NCBI GenBank assembly: GCA_965223705.1
Contig: OZ245015.1
Location: forward strand, 1,056,001 to 1,120,000
Direction: 5' to 3'
DNA length: 64,000 bases
DNA from: Myxococcota bacterium
GTDB taxonomy: Bacteria; Myxococcota_A; UBA9160; UBA6930
Shown: piece after piece, positions 9,758-19,377 of the stretch
Layout: every line of letters begins with the position of its first letter
Numbering within the stretch: the stretch's first letter is position 1
The notes under the pieces: generated by a model
What the model was told of the DNA's origin: nothing
Database searches by the model: none
What the model saw: the letters and a program-made list of their open reading frames with translations, nothing else
Made by a program: the position numbers and the translations under genes

Positions 9758-10870
9758 TTGCCGGCGATCCAAGCGAGCCTCCACGCCGTCATCTTGGCCG
9801 GCGGTGCCGGCGAGCGCTTCTGGCCTCGCTCTCGCGCGCACCACCCGAAGCCGCTCCTGCGCGTCGTCGACGGCGATACGCTCCTCGGCGCGACCGTTGC
9901 GCGCGCCAACGGCTTCGCCGAGCCGGACGCGGTGTGGCTCGTCTGCGGCCACGAACACGCGGCGGTGATGCGCCGCGCCGCCGGGTTGCCCGCGCGCCGC
10001 ACGTTGATCGAGCCCGCGCGGCGCAACACGGCGATGGCGGTGGGCGTCGCGGCGTATCGACTCCTCGCCCACGATCCGGATGCGGTGATGGTCGTGCTTC
10101 CGGCGGACCACCACATCCCGAGCAACCGTGCGTTCGCGGCCGCCATCCGGCGAGCGGCGCGGGCGGCCGCCCGAGAGGGTGTGCTGGTGACGCTGGGGAT
10201 CACCCCGACGCGTCCCGACACGGGCTACGGGTACATCCGGACCGGGAAGCCTGCCCCGGGTTACGCCGGGCTGGCCCGCGTTCGGCGCTTTGTCGAGAAA
10301 CCGTCCGCGAAGACCGCCGAGCGCTACCTCCGTTCCGGCGACTATCTCTGGAACGCAGGCATCTTTGTGTGGCGGGCCGACGCCATCGTCCGCGAAATCG
10401 AGCGATGCGCGCCGGAGTTGCACGCTGCGCTCGCGCCGATCCGCCGATGGGCGGCCGCTCCCCGCCGGAGCCCCCAGGGGAAGCTCGGTGCGTTCAAGAA
10501 TGTGATGCGCCGGGTTTATCGCGACGCTCCGTCACAGCCCATCGATACCGCTGTCCTGGAACGGAGCCGGCAGGTGTGGTGTCTACCCGTCCGTTTTCGT
10601 TGGAGTGATGTCGGTACCTGGGCCTCTCTCGCACAGGAATTGGGCGTTACGGAAAGTGTGAGCCGCGTCATAGCCGGCGAGGTCGAAATGAACGAATCAC
10701 GGGGGAACCTGGTTTGGGGTGATAAACGCCCAATCGTGCTTCTCGGCGTAGAGGGACTGGCTGTGATCGACACGGAAGACGCGCTGCTCGTGGCCAAGCT
10801 CGACGAGAGTCCCCAGATCAAGTCGACGGTCGCCCGGTTGCGCAAGAGCGGTCGACGCGATCTCCTTTAG
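9758..10870 (+). CDS. manC: Mannose-1-phosphate guanylyltransferase
   Basis: ILAGGAGERFWPRSR..PK, RNTA, PADH, FVEKP, WNAGIF, WSDVGTW. Confidence 0.93.
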   Translation: MPAIQASLHAVILAGGAGERFWPRSRAHHPKPLLRVVDGDTLLGATVARANGFAEPDAVWLVCGHEHAAVMRRAAGLPARRTLIEPARRNTAMAVGVAAYRLLAHDPDAVMVVLPADHHIPSNRAFAAAIRRAARAAAREGVLVTLGITPTRPDTGYGYIRTGKPAPGYAGLARVRRFVEKPSAKTAERYLRSGDYLWNAGIFVWRADAIVREIERCAPELHAALAPIRRWAAAPRRSPQGKLGAFKNVMRRVYRDAPSQPIDTAVLERSRQVWCLPVRFRWSDVGTWASLAQELGVTESVSRVIAGEVEMNESRGNLVWGDKRPIVLLGVEGLAVIDTEDALLVAKLDESPQIKSTVARLRKSGRRDLL

Positions 10871-10907
10871 CTCTGGCACATCACCCGACGAGGTGGGAGG
10901 CCCCCGA

Positions 10908-11618
10908 ATGACGAACGGACAGCGAAACCAAGTACAACGGACGGGCGATGCCCGCGAAACGCTCCGCGCGATCCCGCTCTTCGCCAAGATTTCGGACGAC
11001 GATCTCGACGAGATCGTTTCCCATCTGATCGAACGGCGTTACCCGCGCAACACGACGATTGTCGAAGAAGGCCTCGCGGGCGACTACATGTACATCATTC
11101 GCGAAGGGCGGGTGAAGGTTACGAAGCTGTCCGAAGACGGCCGCGAGAAGATCCTCGAATTTCTCGAAGAGGGATCCTTCGTCGGTGAGATGGCACTGCT
11201 CGAGCGCGCGCCGCGCTCGGCGTCGGTGAAGACGCTCACGCCGGTCCGTTTGCTGGCGCTCTCGCGAACCGATTTCGTCGGCACCTTGCGGCGCAGCCCC
11301 GATCTCGCACTGTCCGTGATCGAAGTCCTCTGCAGCCGGCTGCGAACGCAGAACGATCAGGCGAGCGCGCTTTCTTTCCTCTCGGTGAAAGAGCGCACCC
11401 GCAACCTCCTCGAGCGGCTGGCGAAGGATCCGGCCAAAATTTCGGGCCGCGTGATCACGCCGCCGCTGACGCATCAGCAGATGGCGGACATGATCGGAAC
11501 CTCGCGCGAGACCGTGACCCGGGTCGTCAAGGAGCTGAAGAGCGGCGGTTGGCTCACCCAGGACGGCAAGCGCTACTTGATCCCCACGGACGACAAGGAC
11601 GATCCGCCGGGCTACTAG
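10908..11618 (+). CDS. Crp/Fnr-family transcription regulator
   Basis: cNMP-binding motif GEMALL..PRSASV and HTH THQQMADMIGTSRETVTR. Confidence 0.93.
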   Translation: MTNGQRNQVQRTGDARETLRAIPLFAKISDDDLDEIVSHLIERRYPRNTTIVEEGLAGDYMYIIREGRVKVTKLSEDGREKILEFLEEGSFVGEMALLERAPRSASVKTLTPVRLLALSRTDFVGTLRRSPDLALSVIEVLCSRLRTQNDQASALSFLSVKERTRNLLERLAKDPAKISGRVITPPLTHQQMADMIGTSRETVTRVVKELKSGGWLTQDGKRYLIPTDDKDDPPGY

Positions 11619-11720
11619 CCTGCGGTCCTGTTGCGCGTCGGTTGCGCATAGGGGATTCCCTCCAGCCGAGTTCCGATTTCGCAACTCAGGCGGTCCGGGA
11701 GACCGTCCGATAACCGTCTC

Positions 11721-12842
11721 GTGACTGCTCTGCATCCCCAGTTCGGGCACTGGCTGCTCGCGTCGTTGCGTTCCGGTCTGCTCGCGATCGACGCCTCGGG
11801 CCACTTGTTGGAAATGAATCCCGACGCCGCTCGCATCGTGTTCGGTTGCGGAAGCGCGGCGTCCGACGATTTCACCACGCACCTGATCGGTAAACACTGT
11901 CAAAAGGCGCTGGCCAGTCAGCCGGCGATCGCGGATCTGCTTCTCGGTGCCCTCGACGGACGAGAACCGCCGAGTCGCGCGGAGCTTAGGCTCGAAGCGA
12001 ACGGCGGCGCGGCGCCGGCGAGCATCGGGTACACGCTCACCCGAGTCCGCGACGAAGAAGGGCGCCTCCAGGGCGCAGCGATGCAGTTCCGCGATCTCAC
12101 GCCTTACGAGCGCGCCGACGAACAGGAGCGATTGCGGGAGCGCCTCGCCGCACTCGGGCAGATGGCGGCGGGCGTCGCACACGAGCTCCGCAATCCGTTG
12201 GCGAGCACCGAGATCTTGGTGGGCCTCCTGGCCCGGGAGGTCGACGACGGTGAGCCCGCCACCTTGGTCGAGGAACTGCGCGGCGAACTCCGACGGATGG
12301 CGGGGATCATCGATGCGAGCTTGTCCTTCGTGCGTACCGAAGCGCCGCGTTGGGAGCGCGAAGACCCGGCCGCGCTCATCCGCGCCGCGGTCGACGACGT
12401 GCGCGGAAGAGTTCCTTCGGGCGTTGCGGTCGAGTGCGCGCTCGGCGATCTGCCGCGGCATGTCGCCCTCGATCGCGAGAAGCTCGAATCGGTCCTGGTG
12501 AACCTCATCCAGAACGCGTGCCAAGCGCTCGCGGGTGAGCCGGCGATCGACGAACCGCGCGTCGTCGTCCGCGGCGAGGTCGAAGGCGATCGGCAACGAG
12601 AGCTCGTCGTGCGCGTCTCCGACAACGGCCCGGGCATTCCCGACAGCCTCCGCGAGCGGATCTTCTATCCCTTCTTCACCACCCGCGAGTCCGGGTCCGG
12701 TGTCGGCCTGGCGCTCGCGCAAAAACTCGTCGCGGCCCACGGCGGCAGTCTCCTCCTCGAAAAGGCCACCGGCGGCGCCTGCTTTGCGATCCATCTGCCG
12801 CTCCGGTCCGAGGCGCCGAGCCTCTCGGAGGCATCGGCATGA
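11721..12842 (+). CDS. Cytoplasmic PAS sensor histidine kinase (NtrB-like)
   Basis: H-box AHELRNPL, N-box NLIQNA, G1 DNGPG, F-box PFFTT, G2 GSGVGL; PAS-like N-terminus, no TM. Confidence 0.92.
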   Translation: MTALHPQFGHWLLASLRSGLLAIDASGHLLEMNPDAARIVFGCGSAASDDFTTHLIGKHCQKALASQPAIADLLLGALDGREPPSRAELRLEANGGAAPASIGYTLTRVRDEEGRLQGAAMQFRDLTPYERADEQERLRERLAALGQMAAGVAHELRNPLASTEILVGLLAREVDDGEPATLVEELRGELRRMAGIIDASLSFVRTEAPRWEREDPAALIRAAVDDVRGRVPSGVAVECALGDLPRHVALDREKLESVLVNLIQNACQALAGEPAIDEPRVVVRGEVEGDRQRELVVRVSDNGPGIPDSLRERIFYPFFTTRESGSGVGLALAQKLVAAHGGSLLLEKATGGACFAIHLPLRSEAPSLSEASA

Positions 12843-14251
12843 GCGTCGGGCACGCGCGGGCCGCCCGCGTTCTCGTCGTCGAAGACAACGGCGCGCTCCG
12901 GCGCGGCATCATCCGCGCTTTGGCGCCCCGTATCGCCACCGTCGACGGTTGTGAGGACGGCGCGGAAGCGGTGGAACGCATCCGCGACACCGGGTTCGAA
13001 CCCTACGACGTGGTGGTGACGGATTTGCGGTTGCCGGGTGCGGACGGGTTCGCGGTGCTGCGCGCCGCGTCGGAACGGAGCCGCAGCACGGCGGTACTCC
13101 TGATGACGGCCCACGGCAATATCGACAGCGCAGTGCGCGCGATGCAGGAAGGCGCCTTCGACTTCCTACAGAAACCTTTCGAGCTCGAGGCGCTCGAGGT
13201 CCGGGTCGAACGGGCGCTCGAGCACGTAGAGCTGGTGGGCGAAGTCGCATCGCTGCGCCTCGCCCGAGCCGAGCGCGCGGGGATGGGATTTGTCGGCGAG
13301 AGCCCCGAGCTCGCCGAGGCGCTGGCTCTGGCCCGCCGTGTCGCACCGACGCGGAGCACGGTGCTCGTCACGGGAGAGACCGGGACCGGCAAGGAAATGG
13401 TCGCGAGCCTCGTGCACGCGCTCTCGCCGCGCGCCGCCGAGCCGCTGGTCAAGGTGAACTGCGCGGCGCTCCCGGAGACGCTGCTCGAATCGGAGCTCTT
13501 CGGTCACGAACGGGGCGCGTTCACCGGCGCCGACCGCCGACGCGTCGGTCGCTTCGAGCAAGCGGACGGCGGCACGCTCTTTCTGGACGAGATCGGCGAG
13601 ATGTCGCCGGCCACCCAGGCGAAGCTGCTGCGCGTCCTCCAGGATCGAGAGTTCCACCGGTTGGGCGGCGGCGAGGTGCTGCGCACTGATGTACGCATCG
13701 TCGCGGCGACGAACGTCGATCTCGAGGACGCCGTCGCCCGCGGTCATTTCCGCGAGGATCTCTACTTCCGCCTGAACGTGATCCGCGTCCATCTACCCCC
13801 GCTGCGAGAGCGGGCCGGAGACACCTTGCTTCTGGCCAACCACTTTCTCTCGGGCTTCGAGCAGGAGCTCGGGCGTCCCGGGCTGTTTCTCGATCCCGAA
13901 GCCGAACGGCGCATCGTCGGCCACGCCTGGCCCGGCAACGCGCGAGAGCTCCGCAACGTGATCGAACGAGCCGTGCTTCTCGCAGACGGCTCACGGATCG
14001 GTCCCGAGCACCTGGGATTGTCGGGCACCGGCGGCACGTCGGAAGGCGCCTGGCGGCCACAACTGCCGGCATCGGGGCTCGCGATGAGCGCGATCGAACA
14101 CGCCGTCGTGACGGAAGCGCTCGAACGAACCGGCTTCGTACAAAAAGAAGCGGCCGCGCTGCTCTCCGTCAGCCGACGCAAGCTCAACTACATGATTCAG
14201 CGCATGGGAATCACACATCCTTCATGGCGCCGTAATCGAGAAGACAGCTAG
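12839..14251 (+). CDS. Sigma54-dependent response regulator (REC-AAA+-HTH)
   Basis: REC (VVED, TDLRLP, KP), GETGTGKE, GAFTGA, WPGNAREL; ATGA overlap with the kinase. Confidence 0.95.
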   Translation: MSVGHARAARVLVVEDNGALRRGIIRALAPRIATVDGCEDGAEAVERIRDTGFEPYDVVVTDLRLPGADGFAVLRAASERSRSTAVLLMTAHGNIDSAVRAMQEGAFDFLQKPFELEALEVRVERALEHVELVGEVASLRLARAERAGMGFVGESPELAEALALARRVAPTRSTVLVTGETGTGKEMVASLVHALSPRAAEPLVKVNCAALPETLLESELFGHERGAFTGADRRRVGRFEQADGGTLFLDEIGEMSPATQAKLLRVLQDREFHRLGGGEVLRTDVRIVAATNVDLEDAVARGHFREDLYFRLNVIRVHLPPLRERAGDTLLLANHFLSGFEQELGRPGLFLDPEAERRIVGHAWPGNARELRNVIERAVLLADGSRIGPEHLGLSGTGGTSEGAWRPQLPASGLAMSAIEHAVVTEALERTGFVQKEAAALLSVSRRKLNYMIQRMGITHPSWRRNREDS

Positions 14252-14279
14252 TTTTCTGCAGTCTCGAAGGGAACTTCCA

Positions 14280-16760
14280 ATGAAACGATTGATCCGCAAC
14301 GTCCTCGCCATAACCGCCGTCGCTCTCCTCGCACTGGCATGCCAAGACGACGCCGCCAAGCTGGGCGAGCACAAAGAACGCGGGCAGGGCTACCTCGACG
14401 AAGAGCAGTTCTCCGAGGCCGTGATCGAATACCGAAGCGCGCTGCAGATCGATCCCAACGATGCCGCGGCTCACTACGGACTTGCGAAGGCCTATCTCGG
14501 CCAGAAGCAACCTCGAAAAGCGTACTGGGAGCTTCAAGAGACCGTTCGCCTCGACGACAGCAACATCGAAGCCAAGATCGAGTACGCGCAGTTCTTGCTC
14601 TTCGGCAAAGAAGACGAGTTGGGTCAGGCGGTCGAACTGACCGACGAGGTCCTCGCCGCCGAACCGGATCGCTGGCAGGCCGACGTTCTGAAGGGCCGCG
14701 CGCTCCAGGCGCTCCGGCGCCCCGACGAGGCCCTGGCGTCCTACCAGGCCGCCGCCGACAAGGCGCCGGACGAGGGCGGGCCCCTCCTCCTGCTCGCGAA
14801 TTTTTACCGAGAGCGCGGAGACCGAGAATCCGCGGAGCCGCTCTTCAAGCAGCTCACCGAGGTCGAGCCCGGGTTTCCCGCGCAGACGGCATTGGCGAGT
14901 TTTCTCGCGGTGGACCGGACGCGAGACGGCGAGACCGAAGCGGCTTACCGCAAAGGCCTGGATCTCGCCGAAACCGACGAGCGCGTTACCGCGTATTCCG
15001 TCCTCGCGAACTTCCTCATTTCGCGAGATCGGGCAGACGAAGCGGAGGCGCTCCTGCGCGACGGCGTCGAGAGCGAAGACAATTCTCGCGAGCTCTCGTA
15101 TGCGCTCGCCCGGTTCTACAACGCGCGGGGTGAGTCCAAGAAAGCCGACGACATGATCGCCGAGGCCGCGAACGCCGATCCGACGGACCCGGATCCGTAT
15201 CTCGTCCTGTCGGCGTACCGGGGGAAGCGCGGCGACGCCGCCGGTGCACTCGCCGCGGTCGAGCAAGCGCTCAAGGCGAAGCCCGACCACACGCCCGCGA
15301 AGCTGCGCAAGGCCGAGCTCCTCATCGACTCCGGTTTCCGCGACGGCGATCCCGACTCGACGGTCGCGGGCCGAACGATTTTGGATGCCGTCATCTCGCA
15401 GGAGCCTTCGAACGCCCAGGCGCTCTTGGTGAGTGGGAAGCTCGCGCTTTCGGAGCGCCGCTTTGACGACGCGGAACGCAACTTGCGCCAGGCCATCGAC
15501 CAGCGCCCGGACTGGCCCCAGGCGCACTTCCTGCTGGGATCGACGCTCTTCCTGCAACGAGATTTCCTCGCGGCGAGAGCGGAAGTCACGCGGGCGATCG
15601 AACTCGATGCGAACTTCACCGAGGCCGAGCGCGTGCTCGCGCGCATCGAGGTCGCCCTCGGCGAAGACGAGCGCGCTGCGGAAATCGGCCAGCGCGCTCT
15701 CCGTCGCTCACCGGACGACGATCAGCTGCGGATCCTCGTGGCGCAGAGCCTGGTGCGGATGGGTCGCAAAGACGAAGGGCGCAGGATCATCGAAGCGATT
15801 CCGTCCGAGCGCCGCAACGCCGAGGCGCATTTCGCGCTCGGTCGTATCGCGTCCCTCGACGGCGACAAAGCCGAAGCGCGCGAGCACTTCGAGGCGGGAC
15901 ACCGGGTCGACAGCACGCGCTACGAGCTGCTGCGCGCGCTCCTCGATTTGGACATCGCCGAAAAGCGCATCGAGGAATCGGCGGAGCGGATTCGCGCCGC
16001 GGTTCGGGCCCGCCCCGAAGATTCCCAGCTGACCGGCCTGCAGGGCGAGGTGCTGCTCTACACCGGCGACCCCGACGCTTCCGAGGAAGCCTTCCGGCGC
16101 GCCATCCAGCTCAACCCGAACGACTTGAACGCGTACTCGAATCTGGCTCGCTATCTCGTCGCAACGGGGCGGCCGAAGGAAGTTCTCAAGAACTACGAAT
16201 CGGCCCTCGCGCAAAACCCCGATTCCGGTGTCCTCAACCTGATCGTCGGTTCACTGCACGAAATCCACTCGGAGCCCGACAAGGCCATCGCCGCTTACGA
16301 ACGTGCGGTGAAGCTCGATCCGAACCTCGCGGTGGCCAAGAACAACCTCGCGTACCTGCTCGCCGAGAAGGGCGACGATCTCGAGCGCGCGCTCGAGCTG
16401 GCTCAGGAAGCGCGCGAGGCGCTGCCGGACAACCCGAATGCCGCCGATACCTTGGGATGGGTTCTGCTCAAGAAAGATCTCGCGGGCGCCGCCGTGGGTT
16501 ATCTCCGCGAAGCCGAACGCGGCATGCCGAGCGAAGATCCGAACACGGGCATCGTGCGCCATCACTTGGCGCTCGCCTTGGAAGCGAACGGTGAGCCCGA
16601 GGCCGCCCGAGAGGTCCTCGCGAAGGCGATTTCCGAAATCGAGCGTTTGACCCTCAACGGGGATCGCAAACGCCCTGAGCCGAGTTTTGCGAAGGATCTC
16701 CGCAGCATGCTCGACCGCCTCGGAGGGCCTCCCTCGGACACCGCGGACGCCGATGGGTAG
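14280..16760 (+). CDS. Large TPR-repeat lipoprotein (PrsT-like)
   Basis: Lipobox ALAC, TPR repeats throughout, C-terminal NNLAYLL...DTLGW motif typical of PrsT-type proteins. Confidence 0.8.
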   Translation: MKRLIRNVLAITAVALLALACQDDAAKLGEHKERGQGYLDEEQFSEAVIEYRSALQIDPNDAAAHYGLAKAYLGQKQPRKAYWELQETVRLDDSNIEAKIEYAQFLLFGKEDELGQAVELTDEVLAAEPDRWQADVLKGRALQALRRPDEALASYQAAADKAPDEGGPLLLLANFYRERGDRESAEPLFKQLTEVEPGFPAQTALASFLAVDRTRDGETEAAYRKGLDLAETDERVTAYSVLANFLISRDRADEAEALLRDGVESEDNSRELSYALARFYNARGESKKADDMIAEAANADPTDPDPYLVLSAYRGKRGDAAGALAAVEQALKAKPDHTPAKLRKAELLIDSGFRDGDPDSTVAGRTILDAVISQEPSNAQALLVSGKLALSERRFDDAERNLRQAIDQRPDWPQAHFLLGSTLFLQRDFLAARAEVTRAIELDANFTEAERVLARIEVALGEDERAAEIGQRALRRSPDDDQLRILVAQSLVRMGRKDEGRRIIEAIPSERRNAEAHFALGRIASLDGDKAEAREHFEAGHRVDSTRYELLRALLDLDIAEKRIEESAERIRAAVRARPEDSQLTGLQGEVLLYTGDPDASEEAFRRAIQLNPNDLNAYSNLARYLVATGRPKEVLKNYESALAQNPDSGVLNLIVGSLHEIHSEPDKAIAAYERAVKLDPNLAVAKNNLAYLLAEKGDDLERALELAQEAREALPDNPNAADTLGWVLLKKDLAGAAVGYLREAERGMPSEDPNTGIVRHHLALALEANGEPEAAREVLAKAISEIERLTLNGDRKRPEPSFAKDLRSMLDRLGGPPSDTADADG

Positions 16761-16855
16761 TCGAGCCCGGCCGGCCCGGAGCGCGTAAAGCCGAACCCCC
16801 GGAAGGCCGATGACATCCCGGCAACGCCGCGCAGTCGCGGCGCCGGGAGGAACTT

Positions 16856-18193
16856 ATGCGCTTCGCCCACGGTTTTAGCTTGTTGTTGTGTGCGGGCCTG
16901 TGGATCGGTGCTGCCGGGACGGCCTACGGCCAGTCCGCAACCCCGAACCCCGACACTGCGCCGACGGCGGATCCGGAGGCTATGGAAGGCACGGCTCCGG
17001 CGAATCCGGACGCCGGTCCCCTGAGCCAGGGTTTCGACGCGTTCCCGCGCCCGAGCGAGGCCGTGCCGGCGGAAGCCGACGAGACGGCTACTTCGGATGA
17101 GACCGAGTCGTCACAAGGCACTCCGCCGGCGACCGAAGAATCCACCGAGACTGAAACGGTGTCCGAGCCCGCGCCGTCGGGCGTTCAACTGGGCAAGCTC
17201 GGCTATGACGCTGCGGGCCAGCCCGGCCGCGTTCACGTCGTGGTGAAGGGCGACACCCTCTGGGACATCTCCGACGCGTATCTGGGGACGCCCTGGGTCT
17301 GGCCGTCGGTTTGGCTCGACAATCAGAACATCGCGAACCCGCATCTCATCAACCCCGGCGACCATATTTGGATCACGCCGAACGAAATGCGTCGCATCAC
17401 ACCGGAAGAGGCCGAGGCCTACTTGGCTGGAGGACCGGCGCCGGATCCCACCGACGACGTGCCCGCAGCGTTCGATGAGACGGTGAACGAGCCCGAAGTT
17501 CCGCTGCCGCCGGCATATCGGTACAGCGAGCTGCACACCACGGGCTTCACCACGAAAGAGCAGTTCGAAGGCGCGGCGACCATCGTCGACGCTCAGACGA
17601 CGAAAGTCTGGCTCTCCGACCCCGACCGCGTGCTCATCGGCTGGGGCCGTGGAGAGACCCAGGTGGGTGACCGGTACGCGATCGTTCGCCCGGGAGCGCG
17701 GATCGTCCATCGCCGGACGTATGAGACCTTGGGCTACGAGACCGAGATGCTCGGTTGGCTCGAGGTCAATGAAGTGCACGAGGACACGTCGACGGCGACG
17801 ATTCGGGTCTCGCGCCACGAGATTCGCCGCGGCGATCACATCATCCCTTGGGAAGAGCCCGACCGCGACATCACGCTGCAGCCGACGCCGCACGTCGACG
17901 GGAGCATCGTTCACATGCCGCACGGCCGCACCGAAGCCGGCAGCACGGACGTCGTGTTTCTCGATCGCGGACGTGAGGACGGTCTGGTCGCCGGAAGCCC
18001 CCTCGAGGTGTACCGCCCGATGGATCCGGCTCTCGACGAGATCCGCATGAAGAAAATGAACCTGCCCGATCACGTCGTGGCGAAGCTTCTCGTGGTGTCC
18101 GTGAACCCGAAGACCGCGGTCGCTGTCGTGACGCACACGGAAGACGACCTCACGAAGGGAGACCGCTTCCGCGGAAGCAACTCCCTGCGTTAG
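16856..18193 (+). CDS. LysM peptidoglycan-binding protein (TsaP-like)
   Basis: Signal peptide, low-complexity linker, LysM HVVVKGDTLWDIS..YLGTPWVWP..W..N..I.NPHLINPG; sits upstream of dprA as tsaP commonly does. Confidence 0.8.
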   Translation: MRFAHGFSLLLCAGLWIGAAGTAYGQSATPNPDTAPTADPEAMEGTAPANPDAGPLSQGFDAFPRPSEAVPAEADETATSDETESSQGTPPATEESTETETVSEPAPSGVQLGKLGYDAAGQPGRVHVVVKGDTLWDISDAYLGTPWVWPSVWLDNQNIANPHLINPGDHIWITPNEMRRITPEEAEAYLAGGPAPDPTDDVPAAFDETVNEPEVPLPPAYRYSELHTTGFTTKEQFEGAATIVDAQTTKVWLSDPDRVLIGWGRGETQVGDRYAIVRPGARIVHRRTYETLGYETEMLGWLEVNEVHEDTSTATIRVSRHEIRRGDHIIPWEEPDRDITLQPTPHVDGSIVHMPHGRTEAGSTDVVFLDRGREDGLVAGSPLEVYRPMDPALDEIRMKKMNLPDHVVAKLLVVSVNPKTAVAVVTHTEDDLTKGDRFRGSNSLR

Positions 18194-18259
18194 GCACGGG
18201 CCTGCGGAAGCAACTCCCTGCGTTAGGCACGGGCCTGCGGAAGCAATTCCCTGCGCTAG
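18171..18259. repeat. 33-bp tandem repeat, 2.7 copies, including the LysM gene stop codon
   Basis: GCGGAAGCAACTCCCTGCGTTAGGCACGGGCCT at 18171 and 18204, partial variant at 18237. Confidence 0.95.
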
Positions 18260-18263
18260 CTTC

Positions 18264-18287
18264 GACATCCCCGGTCCCGGGGATGTC
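18264..18287. repeat. Perfect 11-bp inverted repeat directly upstream of dprA
   Basis: GACATCCCCGG-TC-CCGGGGATGTC. Confidence 0.9.
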
Positions 18288-18292
18288 TCCCT

Positions 18293-19345
18293 ATGCTCGA
18301 CCCGAGCGACGCGCGCGCGGACGTGCGCGCCGAGATCGCATTGTGGCTGTCCCTCCATCAAAGCCTGGCCTACCGGCCTGAGCTCGCCGAAGCCCGGCTC
18401 GCTGAAGGTGGTCCCGACGACTTGCTTCACGCGTTCGAACTCGAGCCGCTTCGCGGAGCGGTTTTCGAGCGGTCCCTACGCGCCCTCGAATCGATCGGAG
18501 CGCGGCTGCTACCGCGCACCGATTCGGCCTACCCCGGGCGCCTCGCGCGTTTGACCGACGCTCCGCCGCTTCTCTTTGTGCGAGGCGAGCCGCATTTCGA
18601 CGCGCCTGCGGTCGCGATCGTCGGTGCCCGCGCAGCGACGGTTTTCGGTCGCCGGTTCGCGCGAGATGTCGGCGCGTCGCTCGCGGCGGCGGGAGCGACG
18701 GTCATCTCGGGCTTGGCCCGAGGGATCGACGCGGCGGCACACACCGGCGCGCTCGAGGCCGGCGGGCGGAGCCTCGCGTTCCTCGGTTGTGGAATCGACC
18801 GAATCTATCCGCCGGAGCACGCTCGGCTCGCCGCGCAGCTCTGCGAACACGGCGCGGTGATTTCGGAGTTCCCAATCGGCGTTCCGCCGCGCGCGCCCCA
18901 CTTCCCGCTGCGCAACCGCTTGATCAGCGCGTGCGCGGACGCGGTGGTGGTCATCGAGGCGCGCCACAAGAGCGGTACGTTGGTGACGGCGCGTCACGCG
19001 CTGGATCAGGGTGTCGACGTCTGGGTCGCGCCCGGTCCGCTCTACGCGCCGAGCCACGCGGGCAGCAACGGACTCCTTCGCGACGGTGCGACAGCACTGG
19101 TCGATCCCGAAGATCTCGTGGCTGCACTTTCCCTGACACCCGGCGGAGTGCCCCGAGACGAAGCGACTTCGGACGCGGGCGAAGATCCCATCCTCCGCGC
19201 ACTTCGGGAAACGCCGCGGACACGGGATGAGCTCGCTCGGGCCGTGGGCGTGTCGACGGAGGCTCTGGGCGCCGCGTTGTTCGAGCTCGAGTTGTCCGGT
19301 CGGGTTTTCGAAGATCGGGACGGGCGCCTCTACGTCTCGACCTAG
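18293..19345 (+). CDS. dprA: DNA-processing protein DprA
   Basis: AIVGAR, SGLARGIDAAAH, FPLRNRLIS, VIEA..SGTL.TA..AL, C-terminal LFELELSG wHTH. Confidence 0.95.
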   Translation: MLDPSDARADVRAEIALWLSLHQSLAYRPELAEARLAEGGPDDLLHAFELEPLRGAVFERSLRALESIGARLLPRTDSAYPGRLARLTDAPPLLFVRGEPHFDAPAVAIVGARAATVFGRRFARDVGASLAAAGATVISGLARGIDAAAHTGALEAGGRSLAFLGCGIDRIYPPEHARLAAQLCEHGAVISEFPIGVPPRAPHFPLRNRLISACADAVVVIEARHKSGTLVTARHALDQGVDVWVAPGPLYAPSHAGSNGLLRDGATALVDPEDLVAALSLTPGGVPRDEATSDAGEDPILRALRETPRTRDELARAVGVSTEALGAALFELELSGRVFEDRDGRLYVST

Positions 19346-19377
19346 CGCGAAGGCGTTTCGCTACCTTCCCCGGCCTC

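Noticed and set aside
5337..15557. Long minus-strand ORFs (573, 380, 489, 637, 448 aa; similar ones throughout the window)
   Set aside because: Antisense shadows of well-supported + strand genes, expected at high GC; no recognisable motifs
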